The notes under the pieces were generated by a model. It worked only from the letters and a program-made list of their open reading frames with translations. It made no database searches and had not been told where the DNA came from. 64,000 nucleotides of DNA from Eledone cirrhosa (taxonomy: Eukaryota), in contig OZ024743.1 of the NCBI GenBank assembly GCA_964016885.1, forward strand, positions 35,092,001 to 35,156,000, in the 5' to 3' direction. The position numbers and the translations under genes were made by a program. Shown one piece after another: positions 1 to 13,385 of the stretch. Position 1 is the first letter of the stretch. Each line of letters opens with the position of its first letter.

Positions 1-214
1 GTCAGTCACATCTCAACATCAAAGCCAGAACAAATACAATGAAGCATTTAATCTAATACTCTAAGGAGATTGTCAATTCATCACCTGAAAGAAAACCCAT
101 CAAGTGATAAAGTAAACTGATGAAATAGAAAAAATAGTTTCTTTGACATTTATTTCATGTAAAATTATTGCAATATTTCTTTACATTCTCTCAAGAAAAA
201 ACAAGAAATCTGTT

Positions 215-540
215 TTATACTACAAGGCCAAACTGCAGTGAAAGGAGGATCTGGGGATGTCTTAAAAGACATTGTTGCTGTGAATGTGGTACGAGTGAAT
301 CCAAAACATAGTTTCTGGCCATGCATCGGTGTAATAAACAAATTACAATTAAATGCTATGTTACCAAGTGTTTAGAAATACATTTCTTGACTATCATAGT
401 TTAGCAGAACAGGACCTAGAGGAGTAAGCCTCAATTAGATGACCTCAGTGTGGTGAACACCAGTGGCTACAGATGTTCGACAATGGTTTGGCACACCTGC
501 TCCAGTTAACGGAGAAATCAATGAGTATGCAGGTGTGGCA
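215..540 (+). mobile_element. Highly degenerate R4/Dong-like non-LTR retrotransposon fragment (zinc-knuckle region)
   Basis: Stitching across frames gives CCECGTSE..(N)IVSG..., resembling the CxxC..ETxxHIxSGC motif of RLE-type elements; many stops. Confidence 0.25.
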
Positions 541-3500
541 AGTCACATATATTATAGCCATTAGAAAAAGCAAAATGAATGTTTCACCTTCGATGGAGGA
601 ATGACTCAAGAAGAAGAAAAGATATTCTTTAAATAAAAGAACAAAAAATTATCAAAAATATTAGAAAACCTGACTACAATAGCTTATTAACTTTATTAGA
701 GTGAAAAGGACAACTTTACAATTTTAATTAAGAGTCAAGGAACTAGGACAAATTGAAAGGCAGAACTGCCAAGTGGCAATCTGATTTTATTGCTGTTGAT
801 GTTGCTGAAAAGGTTTATTTTGTTAAAATTCTATAATTAAAGCAAACAAATAAGTGAACAATAATTTTAAAAATTGTATGCTGTTTTGAGTAGCAAGCTG
901 TCACTTAGGTAAGGCATTGGAGAAAATACTCTATAATGTTTAATTTTGTCTATGTTATGAATTTAAATCGTGCCACGAGTGATTTCGCCTTTCAGCATTT
1001 AATGGTACATAAAATAAGTACCAGTAATAAACAACAATTAATTATTTCCATAGTTGGCAAAAATCATGCATAGTAAAAAGAATTCATTTTGAAAATCAAT
1101 CAGCTGTCATTGTTTGCTTAATTGAGCTTGAGTCATTTAGATTCTTTTCTACATATTAAACAAAAATAAAATGTTGATACATGTTATAGAGCCGTTTACA
1201 CAACTGTAACTTCTTTTTCAACCCAAGTTTCAAATTAAATGAAATTTACAGCTCCCAGCTATGCAAGTTTAGCTGGCTTCCTACAATGTTACATCCCATG
1301 GGAGGTTCCTTGGGTGTTTTCGTGATAAAGGCCCCAATCCTATCATGAAAAGCAGTGTGAAATCAAGTGTTTCGCTCAAGAACACAATGTGTTGTCCAGT
1401 CTAGGAATTGAACCTACAACCAACCCCCTAACCACTAAACCAGGTGCCTTCATCTTCAAAACCTAGTTTACCGTTAAGCTTTCTATTCCATATTTTAGAC
1501 ACAGACACATCCTCTTGAAATCTCCCATATATCCAAATCTCCCATGTATCATATCCAAATTATGTGCAAACAGATGAGATGTTTATAGTTATTCACTTTA
1601 TTCAATGTAATAGTCAAATTGTGTGCAACAAATCTCCAGCTGTTTTAAAAAGAAGACCATCTGTTTTAAAACATCAATATTTGTTTGTACAGCATGTCAT
1701 ACAATAGAGAAAGGTGATTTGCAGCTATAAACATTAACTAAATACTCTTCTTGAGCAGAGTTGTCCATAATGGCAACTACATTACAATTTCATCAATCAT
1801 AACACTCCACCCTTCACCCACATCCTAACACCCCACCCTACATATGCACATCTCCCTCACCCCACTGTAAAGTGGTCATTTTGGTACCACAGTAAAAAGC
1901 TCCCAGTTCACACTGTAAATGTGGTTGGTGCCACAAAAACCAAACCAGAAACAGTTCTGTATGAGCAACACATGATCATTTGATTTGGTTTGTTTCACAG
2001 CGGGGCAACTCATCTAACCCATGCTAGTGTGGAAAAATGGGCATTAAACAGTGATGATGATGATGACAGAAATGCCTGACCAATGACAGATATAACATCC
2101 AGAATATTATGAAGCTGCTGTGTTAGTATCTATATACTATCAATATATTGTGAATTCCATAATAAGAACACCTACTACCTTTATATATTCTCCATAATCT
2201 AAATATTAGATTCACTGATTTCCCTAGAGACAACTTTCCTTTTGGCTTTGACTCTAGTCTATTCAAACTTAACTTCCTTATTCCTTTTGGGACCAAACTA
2301 TTTGAAACCAGCCCAGGCTCTATGATACGAAACTGTTTCAAAGTGACTATATGTATCTAAAAACTTACCAACATGTATGTAAGAATGTTTGTTAAGTTGT
2401 GATTTCAGCACCAGGTAAATAAGGAAGTTATTTCACAAATTCCCTTCAAATTCTTGTGGTTATTTTCATGAGAAATATAGTAACAGAGGGTTAAGCTACA
2501 TACTACTTAATTTCCAGCTGATCTGATATAATTTATGATGACTAGTATGACCTTCAAAGAATATATAAGATTATTTCTAAATTTTTCTCTAAACAAAAGA
2601 CTACTGATATTTATCTAGGACGTCAGTAATGTAGAACGATTCAACATGTTTACATCTTATTTCTTGAGAGGTTTTAGGTTCAATATAATTGCCTGGCAAT
2701 CTGTTTTATTTTTTCATATCTACTAACTTCACACAGTTGTCAAAGAGCCAATAAAAGAAAATTTAGATGTTGGATGAAAATCAGAAGTTGTATTAATATA
2801 GAGAAATGTTGAAATAGTGAGTAATAAATGAAAATAATAGTTTAAAAGGAACATACAAAGAATGGGTAGCAATTTATAGAAATGTAGCTTATTTTAAGAA
2901 TATCTTGTTTTCTCTTTATCACTAATTATTTTTTGTTTAATTATATATTATTATGTCTATATCCTGTGGAAATTAGAAAGGCATTGAAAGAAGAGAGAGA
3001 GAGAGAAGATCAGATTTAGTACAATTAATTTTTCTACAGATTTAATATTAAGAAGAAAACATTCGAAAGGAATGGTAGTTTATAATTGATGATGGACATG
3101 TTAAAGAGAACAATATGACAATCAGGTTGAGATGCTGCCACAAAACTAAAAAGCAAATGAACTGATAACATTATTATTAGAAGGCTAGCATACTAAAAAA
3201 AAGATGTGTGAATAAAAACAAATATATTTTTTAGTATTGTGACAAGAACCAAAATCCATTCAATTCAGATGAGATAATGTTGAGGATATGTAGGTTTCTG
3301 ATAAATCCACAAGACATTACCTATTCCAGTGTATTTCTGGAAGATCCTTGAAAATGATGTAATGGAAAGTAGTAACAGAGTATTTTATCTTTGCTGAGGG
3401 ACCACACCAGCTTCTTGCTGCTTAAAATTAGAGACACATGATCTCTGCTGCAGTGTGCAGATAAAGATTCACATTGATAGAGCTAAGAGATAAGGCCTAG

Positions 3501-6429
3501 AAGTATTTTTTTAAAAATAAGAATGATGTTATCAGTAAATAAATGTATAGTTAGGTGAAGACAAAGAGATGAAACCAGAGTTGAAGAAATGAGAAAACTC
3601 TGAAAACAGAATTATATATGGCTCCAAGAATACTTGAATAGATAAAAGTAAACTGTTCCTAATTCAACTAATCAATATTTAATTACACCATAAAAGTGTA
3701 ATAGTGTTAACTTGCTGATTTTACCTAATGAAACACCTTTAGCCCTCAAATTCAGGAAAATTAGTACCTTTACAAGTGAAGCCAATGGTATGATTTGAGC
3801 AATGACAAGTCAATAAAACATTATAATTCACACTTGTAAATTATACTCCTCCTTTTACTCTTTTTACAATTAGGCAGAAAAGGACAGCCAGAATTAAGTG
3901 TATTGGACATATACTCAGTATCAGTGACAGGAAATAAACTATCAACCCAATAGCTGCAAAAGTCAACACTCTATCATCTATAGCAGCTGTGATTATCATT
4001 CAAGAATTATTGAGGTAATACAAGGGAGTACTTTAAATGTCTCATGTGTGATGCAAACATATAAAAATAAAAGAGGAGAAAAGGTTGACCTAATTTAACG
4101 TATATTTCAAACAATGTAATATCTCCTTAAAAGAAGTAAAAAGGTTTCTCTTTAAAAAAAAACCTTTCTTTGACGATCCATTGAGTTTACACTTCATAGG
4201 TTATGAAAAAAGTTTACTAATACTCATACATAATGAGTATATGCATGTGTATGGGTGAATGCATGTGTGTGTATAAAATCAGTTTTATGTCCATTTTCCA
4301 AAGGGCATGGGTTGAACAATTGAAAGCAAAATTCTAATGCCAGTAGAACATTCTTGGCACCAACCTTCACTCATTTTTTGAGCAGTGTATCTTTGCACAT
4401 GTAACTGGTGAACAACAGGACCTCTACTTAGGTAGATAATAAAACACAGAGACACATGTATATATACATATGTATATGACTGGGTTTGTACAGCTTTTGG
4501 CTACCAAACTTGCTCATATGGCATTAAGGTATTCATTGGCTTGGAGCTATAGTAGAAGACACTTGCCCAAGGTATCATAGAATGAGATAGAATCAATGAC
4601 CACATGGTTACACTGTGAACTTCTTACCTAGACAGCTATATACTGGCACACACGTGCGATTGGTAAATCTATGCACATGTATATTGAGAAATTTAGTAAA
4701 AGAGAGCTTAAAAACAGTGTACATATGAGTATGCATGTGTGAGTGAGTGTGTAAGAGTGAGTGACACGTGTGGTTTATTTATTATAAATCAAAGATAAGG
4801 GCTGATAAATATCCAAAGAAAACTTTCTAAAAAAAGACTTTTCACAGTCCAATAACCAAGAGGTAAACTATCTATATTTACATAGCAAACACCCCCTTTA
4901 AAACAACATAGCAATCTGTTTGCACTCTAGTCATGTACATGTATCATTCTCCACTACACACCAAAGCATAGGAAGTAAAAAGGGTCAGATATTATTTCAA
5001 AAGGGAAGGGAAAAAGTATGGTTTAAATGGAACTGATGGAACCATTTCAGTAGTTTACACCTGCCCCTAATGTTTGCACCTGATACTACTGGCCTATGCA
5101 ATATTAAACGATAGTAATAATAATAATTACGTTCAGTTTTTTCAGACCCCTTGTGGAGAATGAATGCTTTCAGCTTTGGTTACTTTCACAGTAATATAAG
5201 TTTCCCACCCCAATGTAAAAAAAAAGTAATAAATAAAATAAAAAGGGACTAGATGATTAACACCAGATTCAGAACAGTAAGTAATGACAAAAGACCAAGA
5301 TGATTAAATATACACCTTTTTCCATAAAAATATAGCATCAAAAACCTGCATGTGACTTATCTAATAGACCGACATTCAAATATATACATTACAAATTGAG
5401 TTATGACTTATTCACCATTGCTGGTGCGACTTATTTCATGCATAACAGACAAGTAAACTACAAACCAATGTAAAACATAGAAAAAAAAAAACTGTTAACC
5501 CTTTTGTGACTATATTTCAACTTAATAACAAAAGACAAATTATTTAACTACTGAAATCAAATATTTGGTATGTAATAATAAGATTTGAGTCTGAGGTTTA
5601 AATTTAAATCTGAACACTTTAATAGAGACGGTTTTGGGTATGTTGGTATTTAAAGTGTTAAATATTGATGGCAGTGATGATAAGTAAATTACTGACAGGA
5701 CTACAAAGATAATTAGCACGATGGTTATTTATGCTTATTACATTAATTTTCTTCACTGTTTTCATATTAGATGGTTGTACAAGTAGAGACATTTATCTGT
5801 TTTCAGAAACTGTTGGAACAAACTTGAATGCTTATGTGTGGTTGAGGCTAGATATACATGTAATAAATTAGAATCATACAAGATGTCTTTTCCAAGAAGA
5901 CACACAGTGTTATGCTTGCAACATGGCTTTAATTCTGATTCTAAGATATTTACAATATGATTTGGGTTAAAAGTTTTAGTTTCAAAAGTTAAAATTGGTC
6001 TCAATCCTAGAGCCTCATCAGGCTAGAGCCTATACTAGTTTCATGAGGTAGGTATTACATAACTGAGAGTACAAGACTCATCCACACCTCCCAGACAGGA
6101 CACTGGTCTGTTGAAAGGCTAACCATTAGCTGCTGCTGGCACTCATTTTTCTGAATAAGTGAACTAGAGCAATGCAAAATGAAGTGCCTTGTTCAAGGAC
6201 ACAATGTGTTACCAAGTCTGGGGATCAAACCTATAACCCTCATTGGGAGCCCAACACTCTAAATATATCAAATATTTAATAACACGTGTCATAAATTATA
6301 TCTTTTTACAGACCAAATTCTAGAAAAAGAAGTTATATGTATCAATGAAGCAATAGTTAAAATATAAAATTGAGTGATTCACCAAAGGGATAATATTTGA
6401 AGAAGAAAAGAGAACATAATCAACATAAA

Positions 6430-6720
6430 CCATGGAAAGCATGTGGCCTAGTGGTTAAAGTGTTGGACTAATGATCCTAAGATTGTGGATTCAATTATTG
6501 TCTGTGGGGAAACCCTGCGTGAGTGGAGACGCATGACGGGGGGTTCAGCAATCGTAGATCTAAAGTCGGCATACTTGCAATTGCATATAGATGAGAAGCT
6601 CTGGCAGTATCAGCTGGACACGACACTTCATTTTATGTTGTTCCAGTTGACTCAGCAAATAAAAATAAAAACTGAGTACTTGCAGCAGCAGCTGGAGGAT
6701 TAAACACTGCACAGACTGGT
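6430..6720 (+). mobile_element. Degenerate CORE-type SINE interrupted by an LTR-retrotransposon RT fragment
   Basis: A-box tggcctagtggttaaag, B-box-like ggattcaatt, then the CORE-like ttttatgttgttccagttgactcagc after a ~115-bp insert. Confidence 0.6.
6500..6616 (+). mobile_element. Gypsy-like reverse transcriptase fragment
   Basis: Translates VCGETLREWRRMTGGSAIVDLKSAYLQLHIDEKLWQYQL; DLKSAYLQL matches the RT motif DLxxAYxQ. Confidence 0.7.
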
Positions 6721-7327
6721 GTCCAGTCTTTTCATAAGAAAACACCTATGAGATGTAACCTACACAGGTGTGAGCTCTAACAAGAACAGCATTGATATTA
6801 GAATATACATGTAAAGAAAAAAATGTAAAGACAGAGGTGAAGAATTCTACTGATTGGATATTTTGCTATAGAAATGCTGAAAGTTCCAACAGAAGCCATT
6901 AATAGCAGTAGTAGTAGTAGAGTCAAAATATCAAGCAACCAAAATAGATGTAATTGCTTCTATCAGAATAAGTGCAATAAGGAATATCACCATATGTTCT
7001 TAGTGAACCATAAGACTTGCTAAACTTTATTTTATTTTTAACATATATCTATATATATAACAGACATATACAATTACCTTAATTATCTGCAGATTTAAAA
7101 CTGAAGAAAATCTTCTACCTACTTATTTTTAACTTTTGATTAACAAAAACACTTTAAACCAAATTACGCATCATCTAGATGTTGGTTATGAAAGGAATCA
7201 TGTAAAACTCTTCAGTAAAATTGAGTAAGCTCCTTGCTTAAACAACCAGGTAACTTTAAAAGAAAAAACTAGAAAAATAACATAATACCCAAATAAACCT
7301 TGAATTTTTTTCTTGTGGACATCTGAT

Positions 7328-7553
7328 TAACCTTTTGATACCAAGCCACATGAAACTGTCCCTCCTGGTTCTATTATATAAAGTTGTTTATTTTAAAATG
7401 TTCACAATTAAATATATATCTTCCAGTATGATTTTATGTAAGAACTTTTGTTAAGTTATGTTACAAAATCCCTCCTAATTTTTTTTATTATTTCCAAAAT
7501 TATTTGAAAATCATAAGCAATATCTCTTATTAGACATAAGGTAATGAAAGGGC
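7328..7553. mobile_element. piggyBac-like MITE family 1 (related copies ~2290-2494, ~5495-5660, ~12044-12325, 13944-14325, ~30719-30945)
   Basis: ttaa-cc(c)tttt..tacca left end and ggtaatgaaaggg right end; shared internal tttatgtaagaac..tgttaagttatg. Confidence 0.55.
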
Positions 7554-7567
7554 TCATGATTAAGTGT

Positions 7568-8391
7568 TCATCATCATTATCGTTTAACGTCCATCTTCCA
7601 CGCTTGCATGGGTTTGGACGAGAATTTTCCCGCTTGAGGCCAGATTGGTTGTCTTGCTCGCATGGGACTGTCTGGCGGGTTTTCTACGGCTGGATGCCCT
7701 TCCTAACACCAACCACGTTTACAGTGTGGACTGGGAGGTTTTTACCATGTTACCTACACGGCCACATTACAGCGTGGACTGTGTGTTTTTTTTTTGTCGT
7801 GACACCTACACGACCTCATTTATTTAGGACTGGATGTTGTGGTACCAACATAACTTTACATTGAAAGGGGTGGTGTGGATGGGGTGGGGGTATTTTTGTT
7901 AGAGGTGCCTACTGACTGTAGGTTTCGCTTTGTACTTAGGCAAGGCGGGTCTTCTGTATTACTGTGTAGCGCCAAAGATCTCGGTCCAGTGACATTGTCT
8001 TGGAGAGGTGTAAGTGTGTGAGGTCAGAATTTATCAAGTCGTCCCAGGTTTTTCTGGGTCTGCCTACTCCGTGGCTACCATCTATTTTTATCGCCCTGCA
8101 CTTTTTTATACAGCTGTCGTCTTTCATGCGCATCACGTGACCATACCAACGTAGCCTTCTCTCGAGTAAACAACATCTGATCCCTCTCATTCCTAATTTC
8201 TCCCTTAGTTCGTTTATGCTTTGCCGTTCACGTATATTACTATTACACATCCAGCGGAGCATGCAAGCTTCGTTTCTCTCCAGTCCGCGTATATCCTCTG
8301 TACACAATGCCTAGGTTTCACTGCCATGTAACATTGCTGTTCGTATGCAGGCATCATACAGCCTGCCTTTCATTTTTAGAGAGAACCCTTT
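7568..8391 (-). mobile_element. 5'-truncated RTE-clade LINE (ORF2 C-terminus, 3'UTR, (GAT)n tail)
   Basis: ORF 7936-8307 has RRLRWYGHVMRM...GRPRKTW; close paralogue of 59383-60617. Confidence 0.93.
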
Positions 8392-8410
8392 AGTTATTGC
8401 ATTATATTAT

Positions 8411-8601
8411 TTGGTGGATTGGCAGTATCGGTAGAGGGTCGGACGCTATGCTTTGATGCATAGAGTTACGACCCTTGCCATTCTGAGTTCAAATCCCACC
8501 GAGGTTAACTTTGCCTTTCATCCTTACTGGGTCGATAAAATAAAGTACCAGTAATGCACTGGATCATTGCTGGCCTTGTACCAAAAGTAGAAACAATTAT
8601 T
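8411..8601 (+). mobile_element. tRNA-derived SINE family B (Meta/MESC-like core, tentative)
   Basis: A-box tggcagtatcggtag, B-box gagttcaaatccc, core gcctttcatcctt..gggtcgataaaataaagtaccag, tail tggccttgtrccaaaagtagaaacaattatt. Confidence 0.8.
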
Positions 8602-11600
8602 TGTTTTTTTCTTAGGAAACCTGACAAAGACATAAAAGTTTTTTTTTATTTTACGACCTAGTCAGTGGAGGTAGGGGGCAAATCTGATTATATTATTGCA
8701 GGACCTCCTGGACTAAAAAAAAGGGGGAGGTAAACCACAAACTGGAGAATGTTTGCAACAGCATAGATTGTCAAAAGCACCCAAGAGTTAAGCAGTGGTA
8801 TTAAATTGGGTGAGATTAAGTCAGTCCTCTACAAAAATAACACTTCCAACACAAACAATCAAACTTGGTGCTACTTGAGTGAAAGCCAACAATCCTTAAA
8901 ACACAATGAATGCACAGTTTTAAAAGAGGAAAAAAATCTTTGCTGATGAAACCAACACAATTTCCAATCATTAAATAACACTCCTTGATTTGGTTTATTG
9001 TTTACATAAACAAGCAAAGGAATTAGAATAATCAGAAAACATCTTGCTTAATGCTCTAACACTTTTGCTAATCCACTGCTCCTGGACTGATCAGTACTTC
9101 AACTCCAAAAGGATGAAAAGCAATTGACTAGAACAGAATGTGAACTCAGAGAGTAGCGAGCTGAAACAAATACTGCAAAGCATTTAAACTGATGCTCTTT
9201 ATAAGTCTGCCAATCGTATACCTTTACCCACATGATGATTTTATTTACACAACAGCCAATTAACATATTCTTTAATCAACCTCAGGTATCTTGTTTTTAT
9301 ATATAAAATTCATTTCTTTGTCTCAACATTGAACCCACAAACCTTGATTGCAATCTCCCAAGGATTTGGCACTAATATTCACTTCAGTTACATCAAATAT
9401 AGGTTATCACAAAGAGAACATTTTTTCATTCACAAACTACAATTCCACAGAGAGGCTTCAAACTACCTTGATAGATAATGGTATGCCAAAATAAGGACAC
9501 CATTATTACATTTTATCATTTAGGTCAATAGACGTTTTCTTTAATATAAATCTTTGCTCAGGTTCCCAAACTTACTAGTGTCAAAAAAATAAAATAAAAT
9601 AATAAAAAATAACACCTCTGACAAAATATTAACTATCGGATAAATTTAAAGTTAAATGTTTTGATCAAGAATGTCATAAAATATTTACTGTGAAGTAGTA
9701 ACTGGTACAACAGAGGTTACAGAGGCAAATTTTATAAAGAAAAAGTCAATTAAATTCTTTTTACAATTATATTAACTTCTTTCATAGACACAAAGCTTCA
9801 AATTTAAGGGAAGGAACAGTACTTGACTGTTACTTATTTTATAAACCCTAGAAGGATGTAAAGCAAGGTTAATCTCAGTAAGAGCCATAAGTAAATAATG
9901 CCAAGCATTTCGTCTAATGATTCTGGCTATGTACATTATTAGTATCTATTTTATTGATTTAGAAACAATGAGAAGTGATGTTGGCAAAGCCAAAGTGATG
10001 TTTGAGTGCAGAACAATGATGTACTGAACTAGATATTCTAATGCATTCAGTGCTCTGGTTTCACAACTATCTCTAACATCCTCTAGCATCTTAAATATTC
10101 AGAGTGAAAAATAAAAATAAAAACATATGCCATCATGTCAGAGAGAAATATTTACTTGACAGAGCAATGTAGTAAAACTTAGACATATTGCTTCTGAAGC
10201 AACAAGAAAGTTTTCTAATAAAATCAACAGATAATTTTATCATGTGTGTCACATTAAAACTATAACAGTGAAGGAACCTAACTACTGCAATTTTAACAAT
10301 CTTAGTATATTGTTTATTGTTGTTTTTTTCTTACTGCAATACTTAAGAGTTAGTGCAAACTGTACAGCATTAAAATTGATGCTTTACTGTTCAAAGTTCA
10401 AATCTCACAATGATCAACACTACCTTTGATTCTTCTAGTGTCAAAATATGTAGCAGTATAATTCTAGGGTCAAATCAGTAATCTTAACAGAAAAAGGAAG
10501 ACGGGTTGTGGTGTAATTTGAGATACTCTTTAGGAGTATCAAAAAAAGAAGTGGGGTTGAAAAATTTAGTGCAGAATTTATCATAAATTTAAAAGCTCTA
10601 GTTGACATTGTCTTTCAGGGTCAACAAAATAAGTAGCTGTTATACTCTGTAGTTACAAAAAAACTAGTTGTGCTCAGTAAAAAAAAATTAATACAATGAG
10701 TCTACATCTTACATGGTCATTTGGTTCCCCAACCAACTCTGTTATTCAAAAACTGCATATGTTCATGATCGGGGTCGATATCAATGCTCCCCTACATAAG
10801 TGGTGCAATATCATATGAAACAGAACATTTTACAGCTTTACTTAAATTTTTTTTTATATTTTCCAACCAAGTATGTTCAAAACTACATAAGTTAAAATTG
10901 TGTAAGATGGAGGTCAACTGTATTGCATTTGTAAAGTTAAATATAGCAATTTAAGCAAAAGGTAAAGTTCTATATGAACTGGATATGCAAGCTGATTTAA
11001 ATCTCCAGTTGAAACCAACTCACTTCACTTGTATTGCTTATGCCATTGAGAAAAGTATGAATGCAACATAATCTCATTATTCCCCTCATCTATAAAACTT
11101 TCCAATATTATTGAGCTATAAAGGAGTTTTGTGATGGTAGTTTTAGGAGGACAGTATGTCATTAACTTGTTTGATACCTTGTTGCCTGAAACATCCATGG
11201 TTCTATGATACAAAGCTGTATATTCTAAAGTGTATATAATTATCTAAACACCTTCCACATAATTTAATCTAAGAAACTTTGCTAAGTTATGGCCCAAGCA
11301 TCAACTTAGTAATGAGAAAGTTAGTTTGATGAGATAGATAGCTATAATATTAAATCTCTCCAAATTCTTAATTTTTTAAATTTATTCAAATGCAGTGTCT
11401 TTCATTAGAAATAAAGTGACAAATGAGTTCAATGAATGGCCTTGGATGAGGGGCAGTGCAAGTAGCAGAATGCATGTAGGAATTAGTTAGAAATGGAACT
11501 GGGATATTGCCAGCAAATCTGCAGGAGCAGAACCTGTTGTAAGAAAGCAAGGTGAGTACACTGAGTTTTATTTATAAGTTAATGTAAGCTACTAATCCAT

Positions 11601-12898
11601 TATGTAATAAATAAATAAATCATACTTGTGTCCTAATTATAATAAATTAAAAAAGTTAACTTAATACAGTTAATCAGTATTTAGAAATTAGATAAATTGC
11701 AAATCCTATAAGTAATTAACGTAGCTCCTGCTGCTTTCTCTTTCTTTACCAAATATTATCAAATATTATCATTGCAAATAAAATAAAATTCTATAAGGTA
11801 TCATTGAACTTACATGAAATGAAAAGTTAATGTAAATTTTGATGGCCTCATATGAGGTTGCATCTCAGGGGAGGTTTCTTGAGTATCTTAATGATAACAG
11901 TGCCACTCCTATCTTGAAAAGTAATATCAAATGAAACATCTTTCTCAAAAACACAATGGAATGCTTAGTCCAGGAATTGAAATTATGATCCCTTAACCAT
12001 TAGGCCATGCATCTAGCTTTCAATTAATTTCCTTGTGCTCCTTTTAACTCTTTTCATTACCATATGAAAATCATAGAAAGACTTCTATGATTTTCAAATC
12101 CTGAAAATAATCAAGAATTTCAGATGGATTTAGTAATATGACTTGAAAAACATTGCTTCAAAAAGGACTCCATAATGAGCATTAAGCTTTCCATGGGGCC
12201 TGCAATGCCAGTTCCTGTTTTAGCAGTGGAAAATGACTATAAAATGTTTGCTTGCATAAACACCTGAAAACAATTTTGTATCATAGAATCAGGTTGTTTC
12301 AGATGATTTGGTATCAAAAAGGTTTATGATAGAATTTTATTCTAAGACACAAGGCCTATTACTTAAATTTTTTTCGTCAACTCTAGGTGTAAAAGGAAGA
12401 ATTGACTAGTGATATGAATGAGAGAAAAATTAGTGTTTAAACTAATACTAAAATCTCCTTAAAATATTCTGGAGAAGCTCCATTACTTTATTATATTATA
12501 ATTGTGTGTGTGTAAAGACAATAGACCATAAAAACTAGTGTGTTTTAACCCTTGCCGACATGAAATACTAATGTAAAATAAGTTTTGATGAGAATAGTTG
12601 TGAAAAAAAAATGAAAATTATTTTTAGGAATAAAACAATGTAGAAAACAAATACCAACTACCTGAATAAAAAAAAAAAAAGAGAGAGAAAAAAATAAAAA
12701 AATAAAAATGATACATTATCCACTCATAAGGAAATGAGATCTTAAGCTTTAAAAAGAATTAATTGATATCTTTTATAAAACCAGTTTAAATTACTAGGCA
12801 GAAATTGATCAATTACTGAACTAAGCATTCCACAAAAGGTAAATTGCATATAACACACCAGTCTTTAAAGTTGAGGTTGAAAATAATAACAATAATAA

Positions 12899-13385
12899 TA
12901 ATTGTTTCTACTTTTGGCACAAGGCCAGCAATTATCCCAGTGTATTACTGGGATAATTGTTGGCCTTGTGCCAAAAAGTAGAAACATAATAATAATAATT
13001 GTTTCCACTTTTGGCACAAGGCCAGTAATTTCAAGGGAAAGTTGATTATATCGACCCCAGTGTTTTACTGGTACTTTATTTCATTAAACCCGTAAGGATG
13101 AAAAGCAAAGCTAACTGCAGCGAGATTTGAACTTAGGACATAACAGGCCATAACGATATACTGCAAAGCATGTTGTCCGATGCTCTGCTGATACTGCGAA
13201 TCTACAGGCAATAATAATAATAATGGTTTCTGATTTAGGCACAAAGCCAACAATTTTGGGGAAGGGGAAAGTCGAAAGCTAACCTTGGCGGGATTTGAAT
13301 TCAGACTGTAAAGGGACGTAACTATATGCCACAAAGCATGTTTCTGACGTTCTACTGATATTGCAAACCCACAGGCAATAATAAT
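12899..13385 (-). mobile_element. Cluster of SINE family B copies with an inverted tail palindrome
   Basis: Repeated gtttc.acttttggcacaaggccag tails separated by (aat)n; B-box reverse complement gatttgaact. Confidence 0.8.
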
